Source of the DNA: an uncultured Formosa sp.
Lineage (GTDB): Bacteria; Bacteroidota; Bacteroidia; Flavobacteriales; Flavobacteriaceae
Assembly (NCBI GenBank): GCA_913052445.1
Contig: CAJXDP010000001.1
Span: 187,791 to 251,790 of the forward strand
Reading direction: 5' to 3'
DNA length: 64,000 bases
In this document: piece by piece, positions 21,678-31,740 of the stretch
Position numbering within the stretch: position 1 is the first letter of the stretch
Layout: every line of letters begins with the position of its first letter
Position numbers and translations under genes: made by a program
The notes under the pieces: model-generated
What the model saw: the letters and a program-made list of their open reading frames with translations, nothing else
Database searches by the model: none
Told to the model about the DNA's origin: nothing

Positions 21678-22628
21678 ATGTCTGATACTATTGAATCTGT
21701 AAAATGTATGATTATTGGCTCTGGGCCTGCTGGATATACTGCTGCTATTTACGCTGCTCGTGCTAATATGTTTCCTGTTTTATATCAAGGAACTCAACCC
21801 GGTGGTCAATTAACAACCACGAACGATGTTGAAAATTTTCCTGGTTATCCAGACGGTATTACAGGTCCTGCCATGATGTTGGAACTTCAAGCTCAATCTG
21901 AAAGATTTGGAACTGACGTAAGAGATGGATGGGTGACTAAAGTTGATTTTTCAGGTTCGGTACATAAAGTATGGATCAATGGATCTAAAGAAATTCATTG
22001 TGAAACAGTGATTATTTCAACGGGGGCTACCGCTAAGTATTTAGGATTAGAGTCTGAACAAAATTACTTAAAACTAGGTGGGGGCGTTTCTGCATGTGCC
22101 GTTTGTGATGGGTTCTTTTATAGAAATCAAGAAGTAGTAATTGTTGGGGCAGGAGATTCAGCATGTGAAGAAGCACATTATTTATCTAAGCTGTGTAATA
22201 AAGTGACAATGCTGGTAAGACGTGACGAGTTTAGAGCTTCTAAAATCATGGCTAACCGTGTCAAAAATACTGAAAATATTACAATATTATTTAATACAGA
22301 AACTGAAGAAGTTTTAGGAGATGGACAAGTAGTTACAGGTGTAAGAGCAAAAAATAATCAATCCAATGAAATGATTAATATTCCTGCTACAGGATTCTTC
22401 GTTGCAATAGGTCATAAGCCCAATACAGATATTTTCATTGATTTTTTAACATTAGACGATACTGGTTATATAATTAATAACCCAGGAACTTCACTAACAA
22501 ATGTTGATGGCGTTTTTGTAAGTGGTGATGCTGCCGATCACGTTTATAGACAGGCAGTTACTGCTGCGGGTACTGGCTGTATGGCTGCATTAGATGCAGA
22601 ACGCTATTTAGCAGCTAAAGAAGGTTAG
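21678..22628 (+). CDS. trxB: Thioredoxin-disulfide reductase
   Basis: GSGPAG, GGQL, CAVCDG, GAGDSA, YRQAVTAAGTG. Confidence 0.97.
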   Translation: MSDTIESVKCMIIGSGPAGYTAAIYAARANMFPVLYQGTQPGGQLTTTNDVENFPGYPDGITGPAMMLELQAQSERFGTDVRDGWVTKVDFSGSVHKVWINGSKEIHCETVIISTGATAKYLGLESEQNYLKLGGGVSACAVCDGFFYRNQEVVIVGAGDSACEEAHYLSKLCNKVTMLVRRDEFRASKIMANRVKNTENITILFNTETEEVLGDGQVVTGVRAKNNQSNEMINIPATGFFVAIGHKPNTDIFIDFLTLDDTGYIINNPGTSLTNVDGVFVSGDAADHVYRQAVTAAGTGCMAALDAERYLAAKEG

Positions 22629-25055
22629 TTAGCGTAATTCAGCTCCTAACTCTGACTCAAAATGTTTTTGGATTTTTGACATTATTTTATCAATTTGAGA
22701 ATCTTTAAGCGTTTGCTTATTGTCTTGAAGAGTGAAGCTAATTGCGTAACTCTTTTTACCTTTTGCTAATTTATCTCCTTTGTAAACATCAAACAAACTC
22801 ACGTCTTTTAAATATTTATTTTCTGATTGTTTTGCTAGTTTGTATAGATTCTCAAATGTTATACTTTCATCGATTAATAATGAAAGATCTCGTTTAACTT
22901 CAGGATATTTAGAGATGTCTTTAAACTTTATAGTATTTTGATTGATTACTTTTAATAGGTTATCCCAATTAAAGTTAGCACAAAAAACATTTTGTGAAAT
23001 TCCAAAAGGGCTAAGAGCATTAGTTTTTAAACTTCCAAATTCTACAACAGAATGCTTCCCTACGTTTAATTGCTGACCTTCACTGAAAACGTCATTTGAT
23101 AATGGCAGACTTTTAAGTTTTTTAATTCCTAAACGATCAAAAATTGCAGTAACAAGGCCTTTTATGTAAAAATAATTAACCTCAGTTTCTTTAGAATTCC
23201 AACGTTTTTCAGTCTTGTTTCCAGTTACTAAAAGGGACAAGTGATTAAATTCTTTTTTTTCATCATCAAAATTATGATAAGTTTTTCCAAACTCAAAAAG
23301 CTTTAGGTTGTTCTGTTGACGTTTAATATTAAAAGCTAAAGTTTCTAATCCTGAAAAAATTAGAGACTGACGCATTATAGACAAGTCAGAACTTAGAGGA
23401 TTTAATATTTTAACGTTGTTGTCAGGGTCTAAATGCTTACTAATTGACGTGTATTTGTCAGTGGTTAACGAATTAGTCATAATTTCATAAAAACCTTGAC
23501 CTACAAGTTGATTCGAGATAATATTTTCAATTTTGTAGTTTTCAAATTTAGAAGTATTTGAAATAGACGCATTTAATTTATTAGTAACGCTAATTTTATT
23601 GTAGCCATAAACTCTTAGAATTTCTTCAATAACATCAACTTCTCTTTGTACATCATTCCTGTATGATGGGATCGTAAGACCCAATCCAGTCTCTGTGATG
23701 TTATTAACTTTAATTTCTAAAGCACTAAGAATACTCTTAATAGTTTCCTTAGGAATTTTCTGCCCTATTAATTTATTTGTTTTATCAAAACTTAAAAATA
23801 CTTGAGAGTCTTCTATTCTGTTGGGATATTCGTCTATTAAATCGCTAGATATTTTACCTCCAGCAATTTGAGTAATTAACAAGGATGTTATTTTAAGTGC
23901 GTATTTGGTAATATTAGGATCAATACCGCGTTCAAATCTAAAAGATGCATCAGTATTTAAGTTGTGTCTTTTAGCAGTTTTACGGATGCTTATTGGATTG
24001 AAATAGGCACTTTCTAAAAATATTGAAGTTGTGCTATTTGAAACTCCTGAGTTTTCACCTCCAAAAACTCCTGCAATACATAATGGTTTGTCTTCGTCAC
24101 AAATCATTAAATCTTCTTCATGTAAACTACGCTCAACCCCGTCTAAAGTGACAAATTTAGTTCCCGTCTTTAAAGTCTTAATATTAATTTTTTTACCATT
24201 AATCTTATCTGCATCAAATGCGTGAAGTGGTTGACCTAAATCGTGCAACACATAGTTAGTGGCATCTACAATGTTATTAATGGGGCTTAATCCGATAGAT
24301 TTTAGTCGATTTTGCAACCACAGTGGAGAATCTTTGACTACAATATTTGAGATTGTTAATCCACAATACCGAGGTGCTTTAATTTTATCATCAACATTAA
24401 TGTCGATTTTCAGTCCTCTGTTGTCTATGTGAAACCCAGAAACTGAAGGGCTTATTAATTTGGTGTTAATCCCATGCTGCGATAGTCCAGCCATCAGATC
24501 TCTTGCGGTTCCATAATGGCTCATTGCATCTGCTCGGTTTGGAGTAAGTCCAATCTCGTATATTAGATCATCTTCAACATTATAGTGATCTGCTAAATTC
24601 GTTCCAATTTCTAAGGTCGCTTTTAATATCATAATTCCGTCACAGGACTTCCCTAATCCTATTTCGTCTTCAGCGCACAACATTCCGTGGCTTTCTTCAC
24701 CTCTTATTTTCCCTTTTTTTATGGTCCAAGATTCTCCTTCACTAGTGTATAAAGTAGTGCCAATGGTAGCTACTGCTACTTTTTGACCCTTAGCCACATT
24801 AGGCGCGCCACAAACAATATTTAGTGGCAATTTATCTCCAATATCTATTGTTGTAATTTTTAATCTATCTGCATTTGGATGCTGTTTACAAGTTAATACA
24901 TGTCCAACAACAATTCCTTTTAATCCCCCTTTGATGGATTGAAAAACATCTAATCCTTCAACTTCTAATCCTAGATCCGTAAGAAGCTCTGAAATCTTTT
25001 CAGCACTCCAGTCAATTTTTATAAATTGTTTTAACCAGTTATATGATATCTTCAT
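22629..25055 (-). CDS. pheT: Phenylalanine-tRNA ligase beta subunit
   Basis: HPNADRL, VCGAPN, TPNRAD, FRFERG, C-terminal FDX-ACB domain (LFDVY...GAELR). Confidence 0.97.
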   Translation of the reverse strand: MKISYNWLKQFIKIDWSAEKISELLTDLGLEVEGLDVFQSIKGGLKGIVVGHVLTCKQHPNADRLKITTIDIGDKLPLNIVCGAPNVAKGQKVAVATIGTTLYTSEGESWTIKKGKIRGEESHGMLCAEDEIGLGKSCDGIMILKATLEIGTNLADHYNVEDDLIYEIGLTPNRADAMSHYGTARDLMAGLSQHGINTKLISPSVSGFHIDNRGLKIDINVDDKIKAPRYCGLTISNIVVKDSPLWLQNRLKSIGLSPINNIVDATNYVLHDLGQPLHAFDADKINGKKINIKTLKTGTKFVTLDGVERSLHEEDLMICDEDKPLCIAGVFGGENSGVSNSTTSIFLESAYFNPISIRKTAKRHNLNTDASFRFERGIDPNITKYALKITSLLITQIAGGKISSDLIDEYPNRIEDSQVFLSFDKTNKLIGQKIPKETIKSILSALEIKVNNITETGLGLTIPSYRNDVQREVDVIEEILRVYGYNKISVTNKLNASISNTSKFENYKIENIISNQLVGQGFYEIMTNSLTTDKYTSISKHLDPDNNVKILNPLSSDLSIMRQSLIFSGLETLAFNIKRQQNNLKLFEFGKTYHNFDDEKKEFNHLSLLVTGNKTEKRWNSKETEVNYFYIKGLVTAIFDRLGIKKLKSLPLSNDVFSEGQQLNVGKHSVVEFGSLKTNALSPFGISQNVFCANFNWDNLLKVINQNTIKFKDISKYPEVKRDLSLLIDESITFENLYKLAKQSENKYLKDVSLFDVYKGDKLAKGKKSYAISFTLQDNKQTLKDSQIDKIMSKIQKHFESELGAELR

Positions 25056-25107
25056 TGTGGATGTTATAGCTTTTGAGCAAATATAAAATAAAGCTATTAG
25101 CTATCAA

Positions 25108-25140
25108 ATAAAAAGCCCAACCAAAACGGAGGGCTTTATT
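25108..25140 (-). terminator. Probable intrinsic terminator after the OmpA/MotB gene
   Basis: AAAGCCC...GGGCTTT stem followed by a T-run on the - strand; pheT has its own TATATTTG box at 25078-25085. Confidence 0.6.
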
Positions 25141-25164
25141 AAATACTTTTTTAAATTTTATGTT

Positions 25165-26019
25165 TTATTGTCCAGAAAGAGTTTTCATTTCACTTTCGAT
25201 CATTTCATAGAACTCATCAATTTTAGGCATTACGACAACGCGAGTTCTTCTATTCTTTGATCTGTTTAGGGCGGTATCATTATCAGTTAAAGGAACGTAA
25301 CTACTACGTCCTGCAGCAATTAATTGTGCTGGATTAACTCCCATTGTTTGTAATTCTCTAATGATTGAAGTAGAGCGCTTAACACTAAGATCCCAGTTGT
25401 CAACTAATATTCCGTTTGAGTAGGATTGACTATCAGTGTGACCTTCTATCATGGCTTCGAAATTTGGTTTGTCTGTTATTACTTTAGCTACTTTTTCTAA
25501 AACAATTTTAGCCATTTCAGTCACGATAAAGCTGCCACTTTTAAATAGTAATTTATCTGCAATTGATATAAACACAACTCCTTTTTCAACATTAATTTCA
25601 ATATCTGGATCATCTATCCCTACAGATTTTTTCAAACTAGACACAATTGCTAGGGTTACACTGTCTTTTTTTGTAATCGCATCTTGTAATCGATTAATTT
25701 TCAAATCCCTTTCTTGAAGGCTTTCAAGACTTTTTTCTAAGTTGTCTGCACCTTTGGCAGTTAAAAGAGTTATTTCTTTTGTACTCGATATTAAGGCATC
25801 ATTCGTTTTTCTTAAATCACCCAATTGGTCTCTCAAAGCGTTTAAACTGGCTTCTGCAACAGCTTTATCAGATAAACAACTGTTTAGTTTTACAGTAGCA
25901 GTATTTAATAAATCTTTAGTATTTTTTAACTTTACCTGTGCAGCAACTAATTCTTTATTCGGGCCACATGAAGTCAACAGAATAGTTGTAGTTAATAATA
26001 ATGCATAAATTTTATTCAT
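25165..26019 (-). CDS. OmpA/MotB-domain peptidoglycan-binding lipoprotein with coiled coil
   Basis: Lipobox LLTSC, long heptad-rich region, LLFKSGS, IEGHTD, NWDLSVKR, NRR. Confidence 0.88.
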   Translation of the reverse strand: MNKIYALLLTTTILLTSCGPNKELVAAQVKLKNTKDLLNTATVKLNSCLSDKAVAEASLNALRDQLGDLRKTNDALISSTKEITLLTAKGADNLEKSLESLQERDLKINRLQDAITKKDSVTLAIVSSLKKSVGIDDPDIEINVEKGVVFISIADKLLFKSGSFIVTEMAKIVLEKVAKVITDKPNFEAMIEGHTDSQSYSNGILVDNWDLSVKRSTSIIRELQTMGVNPAQLIAAGRSSYVPLTDNDTALNRSKNRRTRVVVMPKIDEFYEMIESEMKTLSGQ

Positions 26020-26089
26020 TTTTTTCAGAGTTTAGTATTATAAAGTAAAGCTATTAAATTATTGCTTTAAAAGTCGACTTTTTAGCTAA

Positions 26090-27088
26090 TTATTTATTTA
26101 ATTTATTATGATGTTTATTCTTTAGAATAAAATGTGACCAAACAATAGACGAGAGTTGACCTTTAAGTGGATTTATTTTAATTGATTTCTGTCTAAGTTT
26201 TATCAGTCGAGGGAGCGTTCGATAAAAACTTCCGTGTGCTTTAACAATTGCAATCATGTGTTTAAACTTTCCTTGAAACAAAAAACGTAATCCAGCTAGT
26301 CCGTCTAGTATTAATCGTAGATATACAACAATAATCAATGGGTGTTGTGTGTTTTTTACTAGTGTATAAAGGCTGTTTCTAAAGTTCAAATAGGTCTTCT
26401 TTGGATTAGAACTATGTAAGCTAGCACCTCCAACATGGTAAACGGTTGACGCTCCTGTGTATACAATATTAAAGCCTTTGTTTTTTGCACGCCAACATAA
26501 ATCAATTTCTTCCATGTGTGCAAAGAACGTGTTGTCAAACCCCCCTAAAGCTTTAAAAGAAGAAGCTCTTATAAATAAGCAGGCTCCAGATGCCCAAAAT
26601 ATTTCTATTCGGTCGTCATATTGCCCTTTGTCTTCTTCAATAGAGTCAAAAATACGCCCTCTACAATACGGGTAGCCTAACTTGTCTATATAGCCTCCGC
26701 CTGCACCTGCATATTCAAAGTAGTTTTTCTTGTTGTAGTCTAGTATTTTAGGCTGAACTATATGCGTATTAGCTTCGTTGTAAAAAATGTCTACAACAGC
26801 TGTTAACCAGTTTTTTGTAACTTCTATATCAGAATTTAATAAACAATATACGTCTGCATTAATTTGCTTTAGACTTTCGTTGTATCCATTTGCATATCCG
26901 AGATTTTTACTGAGTTTAATACAATTAATCGAAGGGTATTTTGATTCTAAAAACTGTATAGATGTATCTGTTGATGCATTATCAACAACATAGATTTCAT
27001 AGCCTGAAGAATATTCAATAATTGAGGGTAGAAAAGTCTCTAAAAGTACCTTTCCGTTCCAATTAAGTATTACAATAGCTAGTTTCAA
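26090..27088 (-). CDS. Glycosyltransferase family 2
   Basis: VILNWNG, VDNASTD, LLNSD, GACL, EEIDLCWR. Confidence 0.9.
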   Translation of the reverse strand: MKLAIVILNWNGKVLLETFLPSIIEYSSGYEIYVVDNASTDTSIQFLESKYPSINCIKLSKNLGYANGYNESLKQINADVYCLLNSDIEVTKNWLTAVVDIFYNEANTHIVQPKILDYNKKNYFEYAGAGGGYIDKLGYPYCRGRIFDSIEEDKGQYDDRIEIFWASGACLFIRASSFKALGGFDNTFFAHMEEIDLCWRAKNKGFNIVYTGASTVYHVGGASLHSSNPKKTYLNFRNSLYTLVKNTQHPLIIVVYLRLILDGLAGLRFLFQGKFKHMIAIVKAHGSFYRTLPRLIKLRQKSIKINPLKGQLSSIVWSHFILKNKHHNKLNK

Positions 27089-27540
27089 ACCTTTTTGTTA
27101 GTGTAACTCGGAAGATCTTCTAAAAAATCATAGACTCCCAAGTGATTATCCATGGTACAAAAATAATGATTTAATCCATTTGTTAACATTAAAAAAGAGG
27201 CTTTTAAAGTTAAATTATATCTAGCTATTTGATCAAATGCTGACTGAGATATCTTTACTTTAGGTGCTTTGCATTCAATAATTAAATGAATACCTCCCTC
27301 AGGATTATAGACCACAATATCATAGCGTTTATTGAGTCCGTTTATATGAACTACTTTTTCAACATTAATTAGGCTAACGGGGTATTTTTTTTCATTGGTT
27401 AAAAAATGAATACAATGTTGCCGTACCCATTCTTCAGGTTGAAGTACCACAAACTTTTTACGTATTACATCAAAAATATAAGTATTATTTTTACTATTTT
27501 TGAGCCTGAACGTGTATGGCGGAAAATTTAAATCTTGCAC
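27085..27540 (-). CDS. Stand-alone type I restriction HsdR N-terminal-like domain protein (PD-(D/E)xK fold)
   Basis: PEEWVRQ, RYDIVV...IECKAP, QIARYN, LTNG; GTG start. Confidence 0.85.
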   Translation of the reverse strand: MQDLNFPPYTFRLKNSKNNTYIFDVIRKKFVVLQPEEWVRQHCIHFLTNEKKYPVSLINVEKVVHINGLNKRYDIVVYNPEGGIHLIIECKAPKVKISQSAFDQIARYNLTLKASFLMLTNGLNHYFCTMDNHLGVYDFLEDLPSYTNKKV

Positions 27541-27566
27541 TCTACAAATTTGGTAATTTTTTTTGA

Positions 27567-28568
27567 ATGAATTCGATTAACCAGCTAATAACTGACATAA
27601 AAGGAGGTAAAATAGCACCTATTTATTTTTTAATGGGAGAGGAATCCTATTATATTGATATGATCTCTGACTACATAGAGTCTAATTTACTACTAGAGGA
27701 GGAGAAAGGATTTAATCAAGTTGTGTTGTATGGGAAAGAAGTTTCAATTCAAGATATTATATCCTATTCAAAGCGCTATCCTATGATGGCTGAGCGACAA
27801 GTTGTAATCGTAAAAGAAGCACAAAACCTTATTAAAACAATTGAGCAACTTGTTGATTACGTTAAGAACCCTCAACCTTCTACGGTATTAGTATTTAATT
27901 ATAAATATAAAACTTTAGACAAAAGAAAAGCACTTTACAAATCACTTTCTAAATCTGCAGTAGTATTTGATAGTAAAAAAATATATGAAGATAAGATTCC
28001 ATCTTGGATTCAGAATTTTTTAAAATCCAAACAAATTACAATTACTCCTAAAGCTGCTTTAATATTATCGGAGTTTTTAGGAAATGATCTTAGTAAAATC
28101 GCAAATGAACTTAATAAGCTAGTTATCGTAGTGGGGCCTGGTAAACAAGTTACTTCTGAAATTATTGAAGAAAACATAGGGATTTCTAAAGACTTCAATA
28201 ATTTTGAGTTACAAAAAGCAATTGGCAATCTAGACCATAAAAAGGCATATCAAATTGTAAATTACTTTTCTCAAAACCAAAAACAACACCCTTTTGTTTT
28301 GACAATTTCTATATTATTCATGTATTTCACTAAACTAATGACACTTCATACTGTAAGTGATAAAAGTCCTGCAGCCGTGTCTAAAGCTTTAGGAGTTAAT
28401 CCTTACTTTGTCAGCGAATACCTATCAGTCTCAAAAAATTTCCCAATGAAGCGTATTAGCGGGGTTTTAAAAACCTTACGTATTTATGATGTTAAAAGCA
28501 AAGGAGTTGGTGCTAACATAAGCTCAAAAGATTTATATTATGAGCTCATATACAATGTTCTCAAATAA
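27567..28568 (+). CDS. holA: DNA polymerase III delta subunit
   Basis: PIYFLMGEESYYID, YPMMAERQVVIVKEAQ, LGNDLSKIANELNKL, IGISKDFNNFEL. Confidence 0.93.
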   Translation: MNSINQLITDIKGGKIAPIYFLMGEESYYIDMISDYIESNLLLEEEKGFNQVVLYGKEVSIQDIISYSKRYPMMAERQVVIVKEAQNLIKTIEQLVDYVKNPQPSTVLVFNYKYKTLDKRKALYKSLSKSAVVFDSKKIYEDKIPSWIQNFLKSKQITITPKAALILSEFLGNDLSKIANELNKLVIVVGPGKQVTSEIIEENIGISKDFNNFELQKAIGNLDHKKAYQIVNYFSQNQKQHPFVLTISILFMYFTKLMTLHTVSDKSPAAVSKALGVNPYFVSEYLSVSKNFPMKRISGVLKTLRIYDVKSKGVGANISSKDLYYELIYNVLK

Positions 28569-28731
28569 ATTATTTATTATTTTAATTAATAAATTTATTT
28601 GCTTTAACAAAAAATTCAGCGATATTAATTAAGGATAATCATTATTTAATTTTTAGTCTTTAACATATTATATTTGTTTATAATTTAAATTGAAAACTAT
28701 GCATTATTTTATATTTTTGAAAAAAAATTAA

Positions 28732-29364
28732 ATGGAGATTATTAAAGCACTTAAATGGCGTTATGCTACTAAAAAGTTTGATATTAATAAGATTATTTCT
28801 AATGACACATTACAAGTTTTAAAGGAAAGCTTCAACCTAACAGCGAGTTCGTACGGTTTGCAACCTGTTAAGTTAATTATAGTAAGTAATAAATCTACTC
28901 TAAAAGAGTTAGTTCCTATTTCAAGTAATCAGCAACAAATAGGTCAAGCATCACATCTCTTTATTTTTTGTGTAGATACTAATGTTAATGAAGCCTACAT
29001 AAGAACTTATTTTGAAAATATTAAATCAATACGTAACACCCCAGAAGCTACTTTAAGTTCATTTCGTGAGAGCCTTATTTCTGGTTTTGAAAGGAAATCA
29101 TCTGATGATATATTCAATTGGGGAGCTAAACAGGCATATTTAGCTTTAGGAAACATGCTTACCGTTTGTGCTATTCAAAAAATTGACTCCTGCCCTATGG
29201 AAGGTTTCGACCCCGTTGCTTATGATAATTATTTTAATCTTAAGGAGCTAGGATTACGTTCTGTTCTTGTGTTACCAATTGGATACCGTGCAGGTGAGGA
29301 TGTTTTTGCAAACATGAAAAAAGTAAGAAAAGATCTTAAAGATTCTATTATAGAAATTAAATAA
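28732..29364 (+). CDS. NAD(P)H-dependent nitroreductase family flavoprotein
   Basis: WRYATKKFD, ASSYGLQP, IDSCPMEGF, GYR, KVRK; TATTTTTG box at 28712-28719. Confidence 0.9.
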   Translation: MEIIKALKWRYATKKFDINKIISNDTLQVLKESFNLTASSYGLQPVKLIIVSNKSTLKELVPISSNQQQIGQASHLFIFCVDTNVNEAYIRTYFENIKSIRNTPEATLSSFRESLISGFERKSSDDIFNWGAKQAYLALGNMLTVCAIQKIDSCPMEGFDPVAYDNYFNLKELGLRSVLVLPIGYRAGEDVFANMKKVRKDLKDSIIEIK

Positions 29365-29369
29365 AATTT

Positions 29370-30566
29370 ATGCCAGGATTTGAATTATTTGGAGATGCAG
29401 AGAAAAAAGAAGTTCAAGATGTATTAGACAGTGGCGTTTTAATGCGTTACGGGTTTGATCAAATGCGTCAAGGGCACTGGAAAGCCAAGGAACTGGAAAA
29501 AGAAATTCAATTTCAATTTAAGGTTCAATATGCACAATTACTATCAAGCGGTACTGCAGCTGTGAGCCTTGCTCTTGCCTCAGCAGGAATAGGAGCTGGT
29601 GATGAAGTGATTATGCCTTGTTTTACATTTGTAGCTAGTTTTGAGGCCATAATCATGTTAGGAGCAATCCCTGTGATTGTTGATATTGATGATACACTAA
29701 CATTAGATATTGATGCAGTTCAAGCTGCTATAACAACTAAGACTAAAGCTATTATGCCTGTTCACATGTGTGGTAGCATGGCTAACTTAGAAGCTTTAAA
29801 GTCAATTTGTGCTATAAATAACTTAATTCTAATTGAAGATGCTTGTCAAGCAATAGGAGGTAAGTACAAAGGTAAGGCCTTAGGTACAATAGGTGACATG
29901 GGCTGTTTTTCTTTTGATTTTGTAAAAACGGTTACCTGTGGGGAAGGTGGAGTTATGATAACTAATAATTATGATTATTATACAAATGCTGACCACTTTA
30001 GTGATCACGGACATGACCATAATGGAAAGGATAGGGGTGCAGAACTACATCCATTTCTAGGATATAATTTCCGTATTTCAGAGTTAAATGCTGCTGTTGG
30101 GTTAGCTCAATTTAGACGTTTAGATAATTTTATTGAAATCCAAAAAAAACATTACATGATTATTAGAAATGAGTTAGCTAAATTATCTGGTGTGACATTT
30201 CGAACAGTCCCTGAAGGAGGTGAAGAAAGTTATTCATTTTTAAGTTTTTTCTTAGACGATTTAGAAATTGCACGCAAAGTGAGTACCGCTTTCAAAAATA
30301 ATGGTATTGATGTTTGTTTCCATTACTATGACAATAATTGGCATTATATCCGAAAATGGGAGCACTTAATTAATCAAAAATCATTGCTTCCACTAAGTAA
30401 AGAATTGAAAGACGGTTTGTCCTATTTAAAACGAAAAAGTTTTGACAAGTCAGATAGCTTTATAAGTCGTAATATATCTTGTTTAATAAAGTTATCATGG
30501 ACAGAAAATGAAGTAGTACAAAGAGCCAAAACGATGGCTACGCTCATTAGAAGCAATACTCATTAG
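29370..30566 (+). CDS. kdnA: PLP-dependent DegT-family aminotransferase, KdnA-like (8-amino-Kdo transaminase)
   Basis: MPGFELFG N-terminus, VHMCGSMA, EDACQAIGG, SFDxVKTxTCGEGG, FSDHGHDH, NNWHY, IKLSWT, as I recall from Shewanella KdnA. Confidence 0.82.
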   Translation: MPGFELFGDAEKKEVQDVLDSGVLMRYGFDQMRQGHWKAKELEKEIQFQFKVQYAQLLSSGTAAVSLALASAGIGAGDEVIMPCFTFVASFEAIIMLGAIPVIVDIDDTLTLDIDAVQAAITTKTKAIMPVHMCGSMANLEALKSICAINNLILIEDACQAIGGKYKGKALGTIGDMGCFSFDFVKTVTCGEGGVMITNNYDYYTNADHFSDHGHDHNGKDRGAELHPFLGYNFRISELNAAVGLAQFRRLDNFIEIQKKHYMIIRNELAKLSGVTFRTVPEGGEESYSFLSFFLDDLEIARKVSTAFKNNGIDVCFHYYDNNWHYIRKWEHLINQKSLLPLSKELKDGLSYLKRKSFDKSDSFISRNISCLIKLSWTENEVVQRAKTMATLIRSNTH

Positions 30567-31717
30567 TATTTAATGTATTCAATAATTTCTAGGCCATATC
30601 CAATAATACCAACACGTTTTGTTTGTTTACTATTTGAAATAAGTCCTAGTTTACGAATGTTTAAATCGTGAAGGATTTGTGCGCCAATTCCGAAATCTTT
30701 AGTGTCCATTTTAATATTTGGTGCTTTAACTACAGATCCTTTTTTTTGGGTAGTTCTCACTATCTCTAGACGTTTTAGAAGGTTTGCAGGCTGTGTGCTT
30801 TGGTTAATAAAAAGGATTGCGCCTTTTCCATGTTTCTTAATTTGCTTAAATATTTTATCCAACTGAAAATCCGGATTATTTGTTAGCGTTCCCAGAATGT
30901 CATTATTCACTAATGTAGAGTTTATTCTTGTAGGTACAGTTTCATCCGGACTCCAGGTCCCTTTTGTTAGTGCGATATGTACAGCGTCATTAGTAGTTTG
31001 TTGGTAGGCTCTTAATCGAAAATCTCCAAAACGTGTTTCAATTTGATAATCTTGTTTCATTTGTATCAAAGAGTCATGTTCCATTCTGTGTGCAACAAGA
31101 TCTTCTATGGAAATAATTTTTAGATCAAATTTTTCTGCTACTTTTCTTAATTCAGGCAATCTCGCCATAGAGCCATTATCATTTAGTATTTCTACTAAAA
31201 TTCCAGCTGGCTTTAATCCAGCTAAACGTGCTAAATCTACTGCTGCTTCAGTGTGTCCTGTACGTCTTAGTACACCCCCATTTTTAGCTTTTAAGGGAAA
31301 GATGTGACCAGGTCTTCCCAAGTCATAGGATTTCGTTCCTGATTCAACCAAGGATTTGATTGTTTTTGAACGATCAGATGTAGATATCCCAGTAGTACAA
31401 CCTTGTCCAATCAAATCTACTGAAACCGTAAATTGAGTGTTATGTAATACTGTGTTGTTAGCTACCATCATGTTCAAGTTCAACTCATCACATCGTTTTT
31501 CGGTAAGTGGCGCACAGATTAGCCCTCGCCCATGTAGAGCCATAAAGTTGATCATTTCAGGTGTTACTTTTTCGGCTGCTGCAATGAAGTCACCTTCATT
31601 TTCTCTATTCTCATCATCTACAACAATAACAACTTTTCCTAAACGGATGTCATTAATCGCATCTTCAATACTGTTTAATTTTGTAGTTGATTGTATATTT
31701 TTATCGTAAATGGACAT
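30563..31717 (-). CDS. ribB: 3,4-dihydroxy-2-butanone-4-phosphate synthase fused to a degenerate GTP cyclohydrolase II domain (RibBX-type)
   Basis: [32 protein letters not shown]; the C-terminal domain keeps DFGIGAQIL but has no Cys Zn ligands. Confidence 0.9.
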   Translation of the reverse strand: MSIYDKNIQSTTKLNSIEDAINDIRLGKVVIVVDDENRENEGDFIAAAEKVTPEMINFMALHGRGLICAPLTEKRCDELNLNMMVANNTVLHNTQFTVSVDLIGQGCTTGISTSDRSKTIKSLVESGTKSYDLGRPGHIFPLKAKNGGVLRRTGHTEAAVDLARLAGLKPAGILVEILNDNGSMARLPELRKVAEKFDLKIISIEDLVAHRMEHDSLIQMKQDYQIETRFGDFRLRAYQQTTNDAVHIALTKGTWSPDETVPTRINSTLVNNDILGTLTNNPDFQLDKIFKQIKKHGKGAILFINQSTQPANLLKRLEIVRTTQKKGSVVKAPNIKMDTKDFGIGAQILHDLNIRKLGLISNSKQTKRVGIIGYGLEIIEYIKY

Positions 31718-31740
31718 TATTTATATTTTTTGTAAATATA

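Noticed and set aside
27085-27540. Type I restriction-modification defence island
   Set aside because: No hsdM, hsdS or helicase domain, and the flanks are core genes
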